Virus record (IMG/VR): IMGVR_UViG_3300020442_002661
Span: 21,963-85,962 of that record
Origin: a virus
DNA length: 64,000 nt
Direction: 5' to 3' (one strand)
The notes beneath the pieces were generated by a model. The model saw only the letters and a list, made by a program, of their open reading frames with translations. It was not told where the DNA came from and searched no databases. Of the stretch, positions 39,831-51,000 are shown in pieces. The position numbers and the translations under genes were made by a program. Each line of letters begins with the position of its first letter. Positions within the stretch are counted from its first letter, which is position 1.

Positions 39831-40697
39831 TTAAAATCCTCTGTAATAATTACCCCAACCTTTAAGTTGTTTTCCTATACTATCAACAAAATAATCAAAA
39901 TCACCGTGTGTGCTAGTATAGCAGTTGTTTACTATATCTATCCATTTTTCTACTTGTTCAGGAGTATTCTGGCTTATATTTAATTTTGGTTTAACAACAT
40001 AATTCACGTAATCTGCATGTTGATTAATAGTAGGATGCCTATCTATATTAGGAGTAACACTATTTCTTATAATAAATTTGTATGGTTTTTCTGTATGTGT
40101 CCATGCAAAAACTCCAATAGGTTTTAACCATCTATCATTAAATATTTTATCTTTGTATTGTTTCAATTTAGGAATATCTTTCCATACATCTATTTTATTT
40201 GTGCTTTCTCCTTCACCGTTTCCGTCTTGAGGATAGTCACTATTCATTTTATTAATATACCCCATGCTTGTCATGTAATAATTAACACCAATACCTTCTA
40301 GAAACTTTTGTGTAAGCAGTATGTTATTAAGCGTATGCATCATATAACTATGTTCATCGAAAAAAGTTTTTATCCACTTTTCGTCATACAAATTTGCATT
40401 TATAAAATTAAAAATACTGCCAGATGTTTTCCAACCAACACCTGGTTGTGTATCATGACGCTGATCAAGTGTGTGCCAGTCATGTCTTAGATGACTTGTC
40501 CATTGTATTATTACTGTATCTTCTGGTGTTAATGTTTCTGATGCATGTAAATTAGCAACACGTTCTGCGATAGCTCTGTTGCCTAGTCCAGGATAAGCCC
40601 AATTTTCGTATGTGTCAAACTCACAACCTAGTATATCAGCCCAAGTAGGCCAAGCATAGTTTGTAAAAGAACACCCTAGTGCATAAAAACGTTTCAT
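39831..40697 (-). CDS. Hypothetical SGNH-like protein
   Basis: LGCSFT, GLGN, IQWT and DRHP motifs. Confidence 0.6.
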   Translation of the reverse strand: MKRFYALGCSFTNYAWPTWADILGCEFDTYENWAYPGLGNRAIAERVANLHASETLTPEDTVIIQWTSHLRHDWHTLDQRHDTQPGVGWKTSGSIFNFINANLYDEKWIKTFFDEHSYMMHTLNNILLTQKFLEGIGVNYYMTSMGYINKMNSDYPQDGNGEGESTNKIDVWKDIPKLKQYKDKIFNDRWLKPIGVFAWTHTEKPYKFIIRNSVTPNIDRHPTINQHADYVNYVVKPKLNISQNTPEQVEKWIDIVNNCYTSTHGDFDYFVDSIGKQLKGWGNYYRGF

Positions 40698-41641
40698 TAT
40701 TCTGCGTCTGGATCATTTTCTCTTTTGATAACGCCAACAATATATTCACGCAGATTATCATCCATTTGCATTATACCTTCGTTAGCTCTATTAACAGTTT
40801 CGTCAACTGTAATTCTAATAGGATCGTATTGTCTATCTTTCATTCCCATGTCTACAATTTTTAATTTTTCTTGTCCTGGATATGATATGTTAATCGGAAA
40901 AGTAGATCCAACAACAACAGTAGTTTCTGTATCAACAGCATATGACAAATGTTGTCCAACACTATCACAACCTAAGAAATGATCTGCGGCTTTGATTACA
41001 CTTGTCCACTGCCTTAATCCTAGCCCCTCTGGCATAGCAACTTCGTTTTTCAATCCTTCACCTTTGAGCTCCATTTTCAATTCGCTCATCATAATAATTC
41101 CGTAATCTTTTTCTATAAGTTTTAATAACCTTTTTACATCAGCCCATTCAAAACTTCTTCCTGTTGAGTCCATAGGTGTTTCATTAATAATTTCTACACC
41201 TCTACCAAAAGGTTGGAATACTAATACTTTATCTTTTTTTAATTTTTGTTTTACTTCGTCAACTATTTGACGTCCTACAAGTATTTCATTATGACTTAAT
41301 TTTACAAAAGGTTTATCTAAATCTCTGACTCCTTTTTCATTAAGTAGAATATCAAATGCTTGTGATAAATTACATTTTTGATTATAGTATTCCCATACTT
41401 GATATGGTTCTGGGTTTACTACTTGCCTATGTTTTATTTCGCTTTCAAAAAGATTTTTATGCCAAGGATCGTATGCACGTTTATGTAGTGTAGGATGACC
41501 TTTAAACATATCTGTGCCACCTTCACATACGATAATAAAATCTTTATCTCCTGATTCTTCTTCATATTTTTCTAGTGCAGGAATAGAACACAGCATACGC
41601 CCAGCGCCGCCATTTAGAAAAAATGCCTTCGATCTTGTCAT
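40697..41641 (-). CDS. GT9 (ADP-heptose heptosyltransferase)-like glycosyltransferase
   Basis: GGAGRMLCSIPAL N-terminus, VFQPFG, IKAADHFLGCDSVGQHLSYA (compare the GT9 DSGPxHLAxA motif). Confidence 0.7.
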   Translation of the reverse strand: MTRSKAFFLNGGAGRMLCSIPALEKYEEESGDKDFIIVCEGGTDMFKGHPTLHKRAYDPWHKNLFESEIKHRQVVNPEPYQVWEYYNQKCNLSQAFDILLNEKGVRDLDKPFVKLSHNEILVGRQIVDEVKQKLKKDKVLVFQPFGRGVEIINETPMDSTGRSFEWADVKRLLKLIEKDYGIIMMSELKMELKGEGLKNEVAMPEGLGLRQWTSVIKAADHFLGCDSVGQHLSYAVDTETTVVVGSTFPINISYPGQEKLKIVDMGMKDRQYDPIRITVDETVNRANEGIMQMDDNLREYIVGVIKRENDPDAE

Positions 41642-41664
41642 ATTATAATTACTCCATTAAAAAA

Positions 41665-41710
41665 GGTCGGACTCAACATTATATATTAAAGTATAGTGTT
41701 AAGTCCGACC
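41665..41710 (-). terminator. Long imperfect hairpin followed by T6, upstream of the GT9 SD
   Basis: GGTCGGACT/AGTCCGACC outer arms extended by AACACTATA/TATAATGTT. Confidence 0.6.
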
Positions 41711-41739
41711 CAAATTGGATAGAGAATTTTTTTTAAATT

Positions 41740-42444
41740 TTATGCTTCGCCTGCATCTGGTGGATTAGGATCATCCCAATCTGGAAGTGTTTCTTCTGAG
41801 AAAGGCCATTTCCAGTGATTAACATTAGCGTATTTACGTGGTGCATCATCTAACCAATCTGCATGGTTAGTAAGTGTAGTTCTTTCATCGTCTGTGAAAG
41901 TTTGGTTTGTGTCCGCTAAAGCACGTCTAATCGCATCTGATTGTCCCTCTAAACTGTCAAGAACACTTTGTCTTGAGTTATTGTGTTCTCTAAATTGAGG
42001 TTCTCTCCATGTGTCTGTTTCATGCGTGTATAGTAAACTGTCTTGGTAGTAAATGTGTGCCAACATACCTGTTGTACCTTCGTACACATGATTCCAAGTC
42101 CATTTATTACCGTCTGCATCAGTACATTCTTCTGTATAATCAGCGACATCTGGGTGTGTATACTCATCTGTCATAAATGCGGCGTAACGAGCTTTGTCGT
42201 CACTTTCCCATGCATCTAGCAATACATAATCGTAATCGTCTTGTTCGTATCCTGCTGGATCTAATGCTGGATCTGTTTTTTCATCTCCACGTCCCGCTTC
42301 GCGACACTGATTGTCATCTTTGTCCACTTGGACTAAGATATAACGAGGTCCAATATAGGTACACTCGAAAGTGTTACCATCCTCAGTCGTAGTATGATAC
42401 GGCTGATCGGGGTAGGTAACTGTAAATGTTTTTGTTTTAGCCAT
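41740..42444 (-). CDS. Acidic protein, possible fibre assembly chaperone
   Basis: C-terminal WLDDAPRKY..WKWPF resembles tail-assembly chaperone ends; follows adhesin-like genes. Confidence 0.45.
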   Translation of the reverse strand: MAKTKTFTVTYPDQPYHTTTEDGNTFECTYIGPRYILVQVDKDDNQCREAGRGDEKTDPALDPAGYEQDDYDYVLLDAWESDDKARYAAFMTDEYTHPDVADYTEECTDADGNKWTWNHVYEGTTGMLAHIYYQDSLLYTHETDTWREPQFREHNNSRQSVLDSLEGQSDAIRRALADTNQTFTDDERTTLTNHADWLDDAPRKYANVNHWKWPFSEETLPDWDDPNPPDAGEA

Positions 42445-42458
42445 TCTCTATCTCCGTT

Positions 42459-43415
42459 TTAGCTTTCTATATATTTAATTCGAACGATGCTATCACCACC
42501 GGCCCATCCATTATCTCTAACACCTGAACATGGTGTAGCCGCTGGACCACCTGATCCGTGTGGTACAAACATCGAACACCCTTGTGTTTGGTAACAACCA
42601 CAATGTCTATTACCGTCCCAACATTCAGTCCAATGACTTCCTGTGCCTGGCATTCTAGACAAACTATTTAGTGCGTTAATATAGCCTTGTATAGCCATTC
42701 CGGACCAATCTGATTGTCCATTGTCTGAGTCTAATGAATATGTTGCTACGCCACCGCACTCACTAAACATGCCTGGTGGTAATGCTGTATGGTGTTGTGT
42801 TGAACAGTTACAATTTGGATAGCAGTGCCAAAAAGTTACACAACTATATACTGTATCTCTGTTTACGTCTCCGCCGTAAGCATTTGCTTGCCAACTGTTA
42901 GCACATCTGTTACAAATGATACCGCAGTATCCGTTATACCTAGTTGAGCACCAGTTATTTGCTGAAAAACAGCACCAACGAGCTGTACCAGTTGTACACC
43001 AACTTGCACCACTCCATCCGCCTTCTGCACAAATACATCCATTGTTTCCTGAATTTCCTTGCCAGCATACTCTACCTGCTTCTGAACAACCTCTGTGACA
43101 TAAACTACCGTTACGACAACTCTTACCTGCATAACCACAAATCCAACATGTAGCCGCTACGTTAATTGTTTTCTTTGCATATGCACCAGAATTACCTGAA
43201 ATTGTTGCAGAACAACAGCACATTCTTGAAGCCGATCCGCCAGCGCCGATAACTTCTAATTCTACAGTTGCACTGCCCGGTGATATCCAACAAAAACATC
43301 CTGGGTATGTTGAGTAAGTTGCAACTTGTGAGTAGGACCAAATTTTTCCTTTTTCCAAGTTCTCCTCAACGCTGGCTGGACTTCTGCTCTGTAATAATGA
43401 TCTTAATCCTGCCAT
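42459..43415 (-). CDS. Cys-rich, glycine-rich adhesin-like protein (30 Cys in 318 aa by hand count)
   Basis: EVIGAGGS..CCC..GNSGAYAKK and GGDSIVRIKY glycine-rich-domain frame. Confidence 0.6.
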   Translation of the reverse strand: MAGLRSLLQSRSPASVEENLEKGKIWSYSQVATYSTYPGCFCWISPGSATVELEVIGAGGSASRMCCCSATISGNSGAYAKKTINVAATCWICGYAGKSCRNGSLCHRGCSEAGRVCWQGNSGNNGCICAEGGWSGASWCTTGTARWCCFSANNWCSTRYNGYCGIICNRCANSWQANAYGGDVNRDTVYSCVTFWHCYPNCNCSTQHHTALPPGMFSECGGVATYSLDSDNGQSDWSGMAIQGYINALNSLSRMPGTGSHWTECWDGNRHCGCYQTQGCSMFVPHGSGGPAATPCSGVRDNGWAGGDSIVRIKYIES

Positions 43416-43417
43416 GT

Positions 43418-44374
43418 TTAACTCTCCACAAACTTAATTCTAATTGCGCCCATTCCACCTCTAACAGCATGATCTCTCACGCCTGGGCAAGGCTGAGGTC
43501 CTGGTCCGCCAACTCCGTATGGTAACATACTTTGACAACCGTTAGTGTGATAACAACCACAACTTGTGTCGTTTCTAAAACAACCTTTCCATTGTGTACC
43601 CATTCCTGGGGATTTTCCTGTACCGTTAATTGCGGCTAATGCACTGCCCCAACCCATACCCGACCAATTCGAGTGAGCTGAATCACTATCCATTCCGTAA
43701 CCAACAACGCCTCCACATTCTGCAATCATGCCTGGAGGAAATGCAACAAAGCCTCTAAATAAACAAATACATGATGGGCGGCAACCATGGAAGCCCATAC
43801 ATGAAATGTTTCCGCATCTGTTTACGTCTCCGCCATATGCAATAGCGTCCCATTGTCCTGTACATTGATTACAAATTGTACCACAGTTTGGTCCTGTATT
43901 TGTATGACAGAAACCGCCTGCTCTAAAACAACAGTACATACTTGATCCGGTTGAACAATAACTTACTCCGCCTTTACCGCCTCTTGCACACATACAACCG
44001 TTTGTTGATGAGCTAAACCAGCAAAGCATAGTAGGTTCTGAACAACCTCTAAAGCATAATGCGTCTGAATTTCCACAAGCAAAACCTACACAACCGTATA
44101 TGTAGTTGCTTGTTCCCATTGTAATTGTTCTTTTACTGTAAGAACCGGAGTTACCTGGTAAACCATTACCACAACAGCACATTTTAGCACCAGAACCACC
44201 AGCACCCCACATTTCAATTGTCACTGTTCCTGTGGCAGTTGGACACCAACAAATACATTTACAAAACTTAGTATATGTATTGCCCTCCGCAAAGCTATAG
44301 ACTCTTCCAGTTTCTAGGTTATCTTCACCTTTACTCGGAACCTTAGCTTTAATTAGTGTTTCTAATGATGCCAT
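43418..44374 (-). CDS. Cys-rich, glycine-rich adhesin-like paralog (32 Cys in 318 aa by hand count)
   Basis: EMWGAGGSG..CCC..GNSGSYSKR and GGMGAIRIKF. Confidence 0.6.
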   Translation of the reverse strand: MASLETLIKAKVPSKGEDNLETGRVYSFAEGNTYTKFCKCICWCPTATGTVTIEMWGAGGSGAKMCCCGNGLPGNSGSYSKRTITMGTSNYIYGCVGFACGNSDALCFRGCSEPTMLCWFSSSTNGCMCARGGKGGVSYCSTGSSMYCCFRAGGFCHTNTGPNCGTICNQCTGQWDAIAYGGDVNRCGNISCMGFHGCRPSCICLFRGFVAFPPGMIAECGGVVGYGMDSDSAHSNWSGMGWGSALAAINGTGKSPGMGTQWKGCFRNDTSCGCYHTNGCQSMLPYGVGGPGPQPCPGVRDHAVRGGMGAIRIKFVES

Positions 44375-44405
44375 TTACTTCTCCTGTTATGACAGTATAA
44401 AAAAA

Positions 44406-44738
44406 TTATACTGCTCCAATAATCCAACCATATGTTGAACCACTGTAAATAAGTGTAACAATAGCGCCACTAACATCAATTGTTAGATTGTCAGCCGCGT
44501 TATTAATCTCACTGCCGTTACGATCAACTGTAATGTTGTTCGTTGCCGCGTTGTTTGCAATATCAATGATTTGAATTGTATCATCTACTAGCAAACTTGC
44601 ATTAGCAGGGAGTGTTACAGTATAAGCACCGCCAGCAGTATCAACTAATAATCTATCGTTGACTGCCGCTGAGTAGTTTCCGCTTACTGTTCTAGTTGTA
44701 ACACCAGCTGTACCAGTTGTTGTAATATATCTTCCCAT
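44406..44738 (-). CDS. Small fibre-domain protein
   Basis: VDTAGGAYTVTLPA..ITVDRNGSEI..LIYSG..GW, like T4-type fibre repeat units; late promoter at 44761-44768. Confidence 0.65.
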   Translation of the reverse strand: MGRYITTTGTAGVTTRTVSGNYSAAVNDRLLVDTAGGAYTVTLPANASLLVDDTIQIIDIANNAATNNITVDRNGSEINNAADNLTIDVSGAIVTLIYSGSTYGWIIGAV

Positions 44739-44763
44739 GGTTTTATCCTTCTCCTATATGTAT

Positions 44764-45084
44764 TTATGCAGTTGATGTCTCAATGCCCATAGCTACAGCA
44801 GAAATATTTGCACTCGATGAGTACGCTACTATTTTCTGCCCTGCCGCTAAGACAATACCAGTGCGCTCTAGCACACCTTTTGATAAAATTTCAACACCGT
44901 ATTCGATGTATTCACCGTCTGTTGGGGTATCTGCCGCCGCCACTGCAATCCTAATTGCACTAGCCTGGTTACCCCTGTTACACAAGTTTAAACTTGCTAC
45001 CGCGTATGTATCTGCTGGACAGGTGTAAACAGTTACGTTAGCACCCGCTGTCAAATCATTTGCGCCTAGTCTTCCTGTTGCCAT
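44764..45084 (-). CDS. Small virion protein (106 aa, beta-sandwich-like)
   Basis: VYTCPA, LNLCN, LERTGIVL; similar to 56771-57100. Confidence 0.65.
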   Translation of the reverse strand: MATGRLGANDLTAGANVTVYTCPADTYAVASLNLCNRGNQASAIRIAVAAADTPTDGEYIEYGVEILSKGVLERTGIVLAAGQKIVAYSSSANISAVAMGIETSTA

Positions 45085-45099
45085 TTTTTACTTCTCCAT

Positions 45100-48000
45100 T
45101 TAGTTTAGTAAGAACATGTTTAGTGCTACTGGTGCACCGTCTATTCCACCTGTAAAGTTTACTCTATCTTCTATATTTATCTTAGCATCGGATGTGGTAG
45201 AAATTGTGTCTCCTGTAATTTCTATGACACCTGCTGTTACACTGTTAACGTTCAATGTAGCAACACCACCACCAATTTGTGATGTGATGTAAGTTTTAAT
45301 AGCTTTTTGTGTTGGTACAATACTATCACTATCTGCACTAAACGTACCATCAGTACTGAATTCTGTAATTACAGCTCCAGCACCTCCTAGTGCAACACTA
45401 CCTAATTGTAGTTCGTTCAACCCTGAGATGTTAAACGCTTCAACGTTAAGTGTAGCAATACCAGTTGCCTGTTCAACGTTAAACAATCCACCAACTCTAA
45501 AGTTACCGTCTTGGTCGGTGGATGTGTAGAACACTCTTCCTCCACCAAAATCATTTGTTTCTCTATCTGGTATCGGATCACTTAAAGGATCACCTGGATA
45601 GTTTGTATTACCAAAGTTACCAGTACCAATATCTAGGAAGTCATGTCCTGTTAGACGCACCTGTGAATATCTACGTCTAATTGTAATTGCATCTTGATGT
45701 GGAGGTCTTTCATCCGCTTCAAGTTTAGGACTAATTTGTAATATTGCGCTGTAAGGTCCTGCGCCAATTAGGCTTGTGACACTTACAAGTTTGTACCATG
45801 TATTTGGTCTACTTGCAAATTCTACGTTAGCACCTTTTTGTGGAATAGCATCTAAATTGTCAACTCTAATCTTTGTTCCAGTTTGTCTAATATCAGATAA
45901 ACCATCACCTACAACTGTTGCACTTGCTGTAACAAAACCTGTTCCTCTATTTGAGAATGTAGGTTGTCCAAGAACACCATCGCCAACTCTTACTGTATGT
46001 GGAACTAGCACAGTTGCGTTTGGATCGACAACAGTCATTTGTGGAGGATTATTTGCATCATATCCTGAACCAGGTTCAATAATTTTAACCTCAACTACTT
46101 TTTCATCAGCTACTCTTGCTCTTCCTCTTGCTCTTATACCACTAGCTGGTGCATCAAAAATTATTCTAGGAGTAATATCGTACTGTGAAGTAGCATCAAG
46201 TGTTGCTTCAATCGACGCACCTGTAATGTGTTCAAAGCCGCTTGTACCATCTGATTCTTTTTCAATAGTTGCAATTTTTGTACTTGCGTTGAATGATGTA
46301 ATTACGCCATACTGTCCAGCACCAAGTCCGCTTACAATGTATAGCATCATGCCGTTGTATGCACCTGTCGGTTGAACGTCTGTTGCCGCTAGTGTAATAC
46401 TTGTAGCATTACCTGCCTGTGCCGCACTATTTGTAGTTAAGAAACCATCACCGCCATATACAGTTGAGTCTTCTTCAAGTTGCACTTCAAACACTCCGCC
46501 ATCGCGTAATGTAATTCCACTTACTGCCGCACCAAAGCCTTCACCACTAATAGTATATCTAGTTGCTTCGCCTATTGTTTGTACGTCAAATGTTAGGTTG
46601 GCGCCGCCGCCGCCACCGAGTGAACTATCATTAATTGTAATTGTATCACTTATTGCATGACCTGTACCACCTTTGATAACTGTTACAGTTGCTCCACCTG
46701 TTGATGAAACTTCAACATCAAATTCTTGTCCTGTTCCTGAGCCAGCACTCGAACCTGTAATACCTTTATAAGTTCCTGCTGTACGGTTAGCATCGTTACC
46801 GCTTACATTGTGTACTGTAAGAATTGCTGTGCTTGTATTAGTATATCCTTGTCCTGCGTTTTGATATTCAAGTTGTAAGATTTCGTCTGCACCGTCTGTT
46901 TGAACAAAACTTATAATTGCTTCTAACTGTTGGTTGTCAACTTCACCTGTTACTGGAGTTTCTGTATCATCAATACCTTCAGCAACTGAACCAAAGTCAC
47001 CGTAAGAGTTGTTTCCGTTTGTAGCACGAATCTTACCACCATTCTCTGCAAGATATCCCATGTGACAATAGTATGTAAACACTGAAACAAGTTCTGAACG
47101 TCCTAGGTTTGTAACCCAATAACCAATACCATCACTCAATATCTGTGTAAAGTCGTTAGCAACAATACTGTCATTACCTGCTTGGTGTAAGTCACCATCA
47201 ACTTTCATTCCAATACATGCTGTACCAAATGTTGATACGTTTTGCACGTAAGGCGATTTATTTGTAATATGTACTCTAGTATCATATGGATTATATCCTG
47301 GATCTAGTGATACATAAGCACCTGCTGTTGGACGTTTTGTACCATAAGTATTTGCTGAACCCAATGTTCCTGTCAATCCACTTGTAGTACAGTTACGTAA
47401 ACCAGTACCATTTCTCATGTAGAACATATCATATAATATACTACCGTTTACAGCATTTGCATAGAACGTAGCGTTCATTAGCGTTGAATAATTACCTGTG
47501 TAAATTAAGTCATATTTTAGTCCATCGATATAATTTCTTACATCTCTTGAACAAGCCGCTATATCATATGTATAACTTGGATACTGCACACCTATGTATG
47601 CATGTACTTCTGCTACTAAGAAATCTTTGTTTTGTTCTAAAATTTCAACAGCATATGTGTGTGTTGTTGCTGTTTCTGGTGTATTAGTACCGCAGAAAAT
47701 AGGAGCAACATCACCTGAGCTAGATGTTTCAGCATCAATTTTGTATGCTAACATATCTAATAATTCAAATGCTTCTGCACCTGCACCGTTTGCCGCTATA
47801 AGTGCCGCTTTTGCTCTAATATGTCTTACAGCTGATTTTTGTCCAACTAATTGATCGTTGTAAACTTTTTGTGCTGATGCATTTACTCTAAAGTATGAGT
47901 TACCAGCTGTTACTGATCTATAATTTGTATTAAATGCCATATCATAACTAATAGCATCAACCATTAATTGACTATCTCTGTTACATAATGTTTCGTTGAA

Positions 48001-51000
48001 AACAAAATCTTGTGATGCTTTTACATGATGTACTGTGTGGTTAGCAATTTCTGCTTTTGCATCTTGAAGTTCTGTGTGTGAACTTTGTATTGCACTTGAC
48101 GCCCAAGTAATTACAGGTGTTGTTTCTGCATCTTGTCCTGTTAAGTTTCCTGCATTTACTGTTGTTTGTATATTTGTTAGTAAGTTTGAAACTTCAGTAC
48201 CTTCAGTTGATGATGCCGCTGTACCTGATGTATCTTGTGTTTCAGAGTTTCCTGTTGATTTTGTAACTGCTGTTTCTTGTACAATTTGACTTGCAACAGT
48301 TGCTAAACGTCCATAAGCCGCCGCTACTGCTGTTTTTTGACCTGAAGGAGTATAAGGAGCACCATTAGGATCAAACTTAGTACCTTTGTTGTGTCTATGA
48401 GTAGCAGAATTACCACCATATTGTACATCGTAACTTGCCGCATCAATTGCATAACCTATTTCTTTTTCAAACGCATTTGTATCTGTAACAATACCTGCAT
48501 AATTTACAGCTAACCATGCTGTAATTTCTGCTACCATAAAAGCTCTGTTTGCTTGTAATTGTTCTCTAGCAAAACGCTTGTTATTATCTACACCAGGATC
48601 ACTAAAATATATTTCACGTCCTGTAAATCCTTCACCACCGTCAAGAATATCAAGAATAGTGTCAGCCATATCCTTAACTCTATCTCTTGCAGTATCACTA
48701 CCTGCACTACCTGCTGGTCTTGAAGTTACTTGAGATTCTGCATTACCTGTGCTTTTTGTAATACTTGTATTTGTAATAACATCTGAAACAACATCTCTCA
48801 ACCTACCAATTGCCGCTAAACTATATGTTATATCACTAGTGTCAACTGAGGATGGAGCAGGTTTAATACGAGTAGAACGTAATTCGTCACCTACAACTGC
48901 TGTATCTTCAGGAACTCTAATTGGATGATTTTCTAAATATTCACCTGTTTTTACAAAAATTGTTTTTTGCGCTTTTAATATTGCAGGCACACCGTTTGTG
49001 TTTCCTGCTGTAATAGCATTTGTAATAATATCAATTAAATTTGCAATAGTTGTGTTTACACCTGTTGTTTTATCAAATCCGCTTGGCTTGATTTGTGTAA
49101 TAGGACTTGCAACACTATTAAGTGTTTGATAATTCGCCGCTGGATCTTCTTTATTTAGAACATTTCCTATAACTGTTTCTAAATAATTAATTGCCGCTAC
49201 GGTTTCATCTTCTTGTCCATTAATATAACTTAATCCACCAGTTGTAAAATATGCTAAAGCCGCTTCTCTTGAACGTACATTACCTCCGTGACTTAAATCC
49301 CAAATAATAGCATCAATAATAATACCTGTATCTCTGCGACATTTTTCTTTATTGTATGTAAACGATCCTGTGAATGGAGAAATAACGTTTGCAATTTGAT
49401 AATCAACCCATTCAACAACTTCTGCTTGCATAAATGCACGGTTGACTTCCATTAAATATTTGTCTTCGTAACTGTTTGCACCCTTTTCAATCCAATCAGC
49501 CGCATATCTTACAGTTTTGTAAGGTCTGTCTAGTGTAATACCACGTTTAGGTGGACGATCGTCCACACCGTCTTCGGCGTCAACAAAATACACATGATTG
49601 ATTTGTCCAAAGTATGTCCACTCTGGTGCATCTGCCGCATCGTTAACTTTCAATACTTGTCCAGGTTTACCAACTGGTAAACGTGTTGGTCCTGATCCGC
49701 CGTAGTAAACGATATCACCAGCAGTTGTTAAGTTACCTGCTTCAGTACCACCACTAAAGAAATTCCAATAATCTCCTGCTGTATCTTGGTCTGGTCTATT
49801 TTGATCTGTAACTTGATCAGCTGTGTGTGCATCAACACAAACATATGCGTTAACACCATGTGTAACTGTATCACCTAGTACGTATGCTGTACCGTTTGCC
49901 CAAGCCGATCTAAAATTAAAACCTTCATTAAGTTTTTCCCAGTAGCTTGTGTTAGGTGGTTGTTGACCGTTTGAGTTTGCTGTTGCAAGATAAGTGTAAC
50001 CACCTAATGTAACAACGTCACCTGTTTTGTAGTCTTGGTTAGTTGAGTCTGAACCCCATTCGCCTCTTAAGTTAAATCCTGTAATGAATACGTCCCAATC
50101 ATTTGGCGATTCTGCAGGTTTCTTCTCACTGTTGTTTGTTTTTGCGACATAAGTGTACCCACCGTATGTTACAATGTCACCAACTTGGTATTCACTGTAT
50201 GGTCCCCATGTGTCTTCAAATTCTAAACCTGGAATAAACACACTCCAGTTAGCCTCATCTGGCGTTAAGTTTTCACTTACACTTGATGTGTGATAAGTTG
50301 TACAAATCCAAATTGTACCTGAATCTTTAACTACATCATTTACTTTGTAACGTGTAGCACTTGTCCAGTCACCTAAGTATTCAATACCTTTATGGAAGTA
50401 ATCCCACTTAGCCTGGTCTGCTTCAAGACCTAAAGTATTAGTTGCCGCAGATGTGTGACCTGTATTACAACTATAAACTTGTCCACCATACTTAACAAGA
50501 TCATTTACTTTGTATCTTGTGTTTACTGTCCAATCTGTTTTCCAGTCAAAGCCGTCACTAAATGTATCCCACTTGTTTTGATCTAATTCTAAACCATTAG
50601 CAAGAACTGCTGTACTTGAATGATATGCTGTACAAATATAAAGTTTTGCACCGTATTTTACAATATCATTTACTTTATAACGTGTGCTGATTGCCCAATC
50701 ACCTTTGTAATCAAAGCCTTCGCCAAATAAATCCCAATACGCAGAAGTACTATCATCGCCTAAGTTACTTTCCAGACCACCAATGGCACTTGAGTCTGAA
50801 ATATGTCCTGTGTTTGCAATGTAAAGTTGCCCGCCGTATTTTACAATATCGTTAATTTTATAAACTGTACCTGTTGCCCAGTCGCCTCTCCAAGTTTGCC
50901 CATCTGCAAACTGTTGCCACTTAGGTGTTGAATCATTCAAATCCAACATGAAATCTGTTTGTGCTATATGCCCTACTACACATATAAATGTACGGCCGCC

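Noticed and set aside
42459-44374. Diversity-generating retroelement or invertible cassette acting on the adhesin pair
   Set aside because: No reverse transcriptase, invertase or near-identical template/variable repeat seen; the paralogs are diverged throughout.
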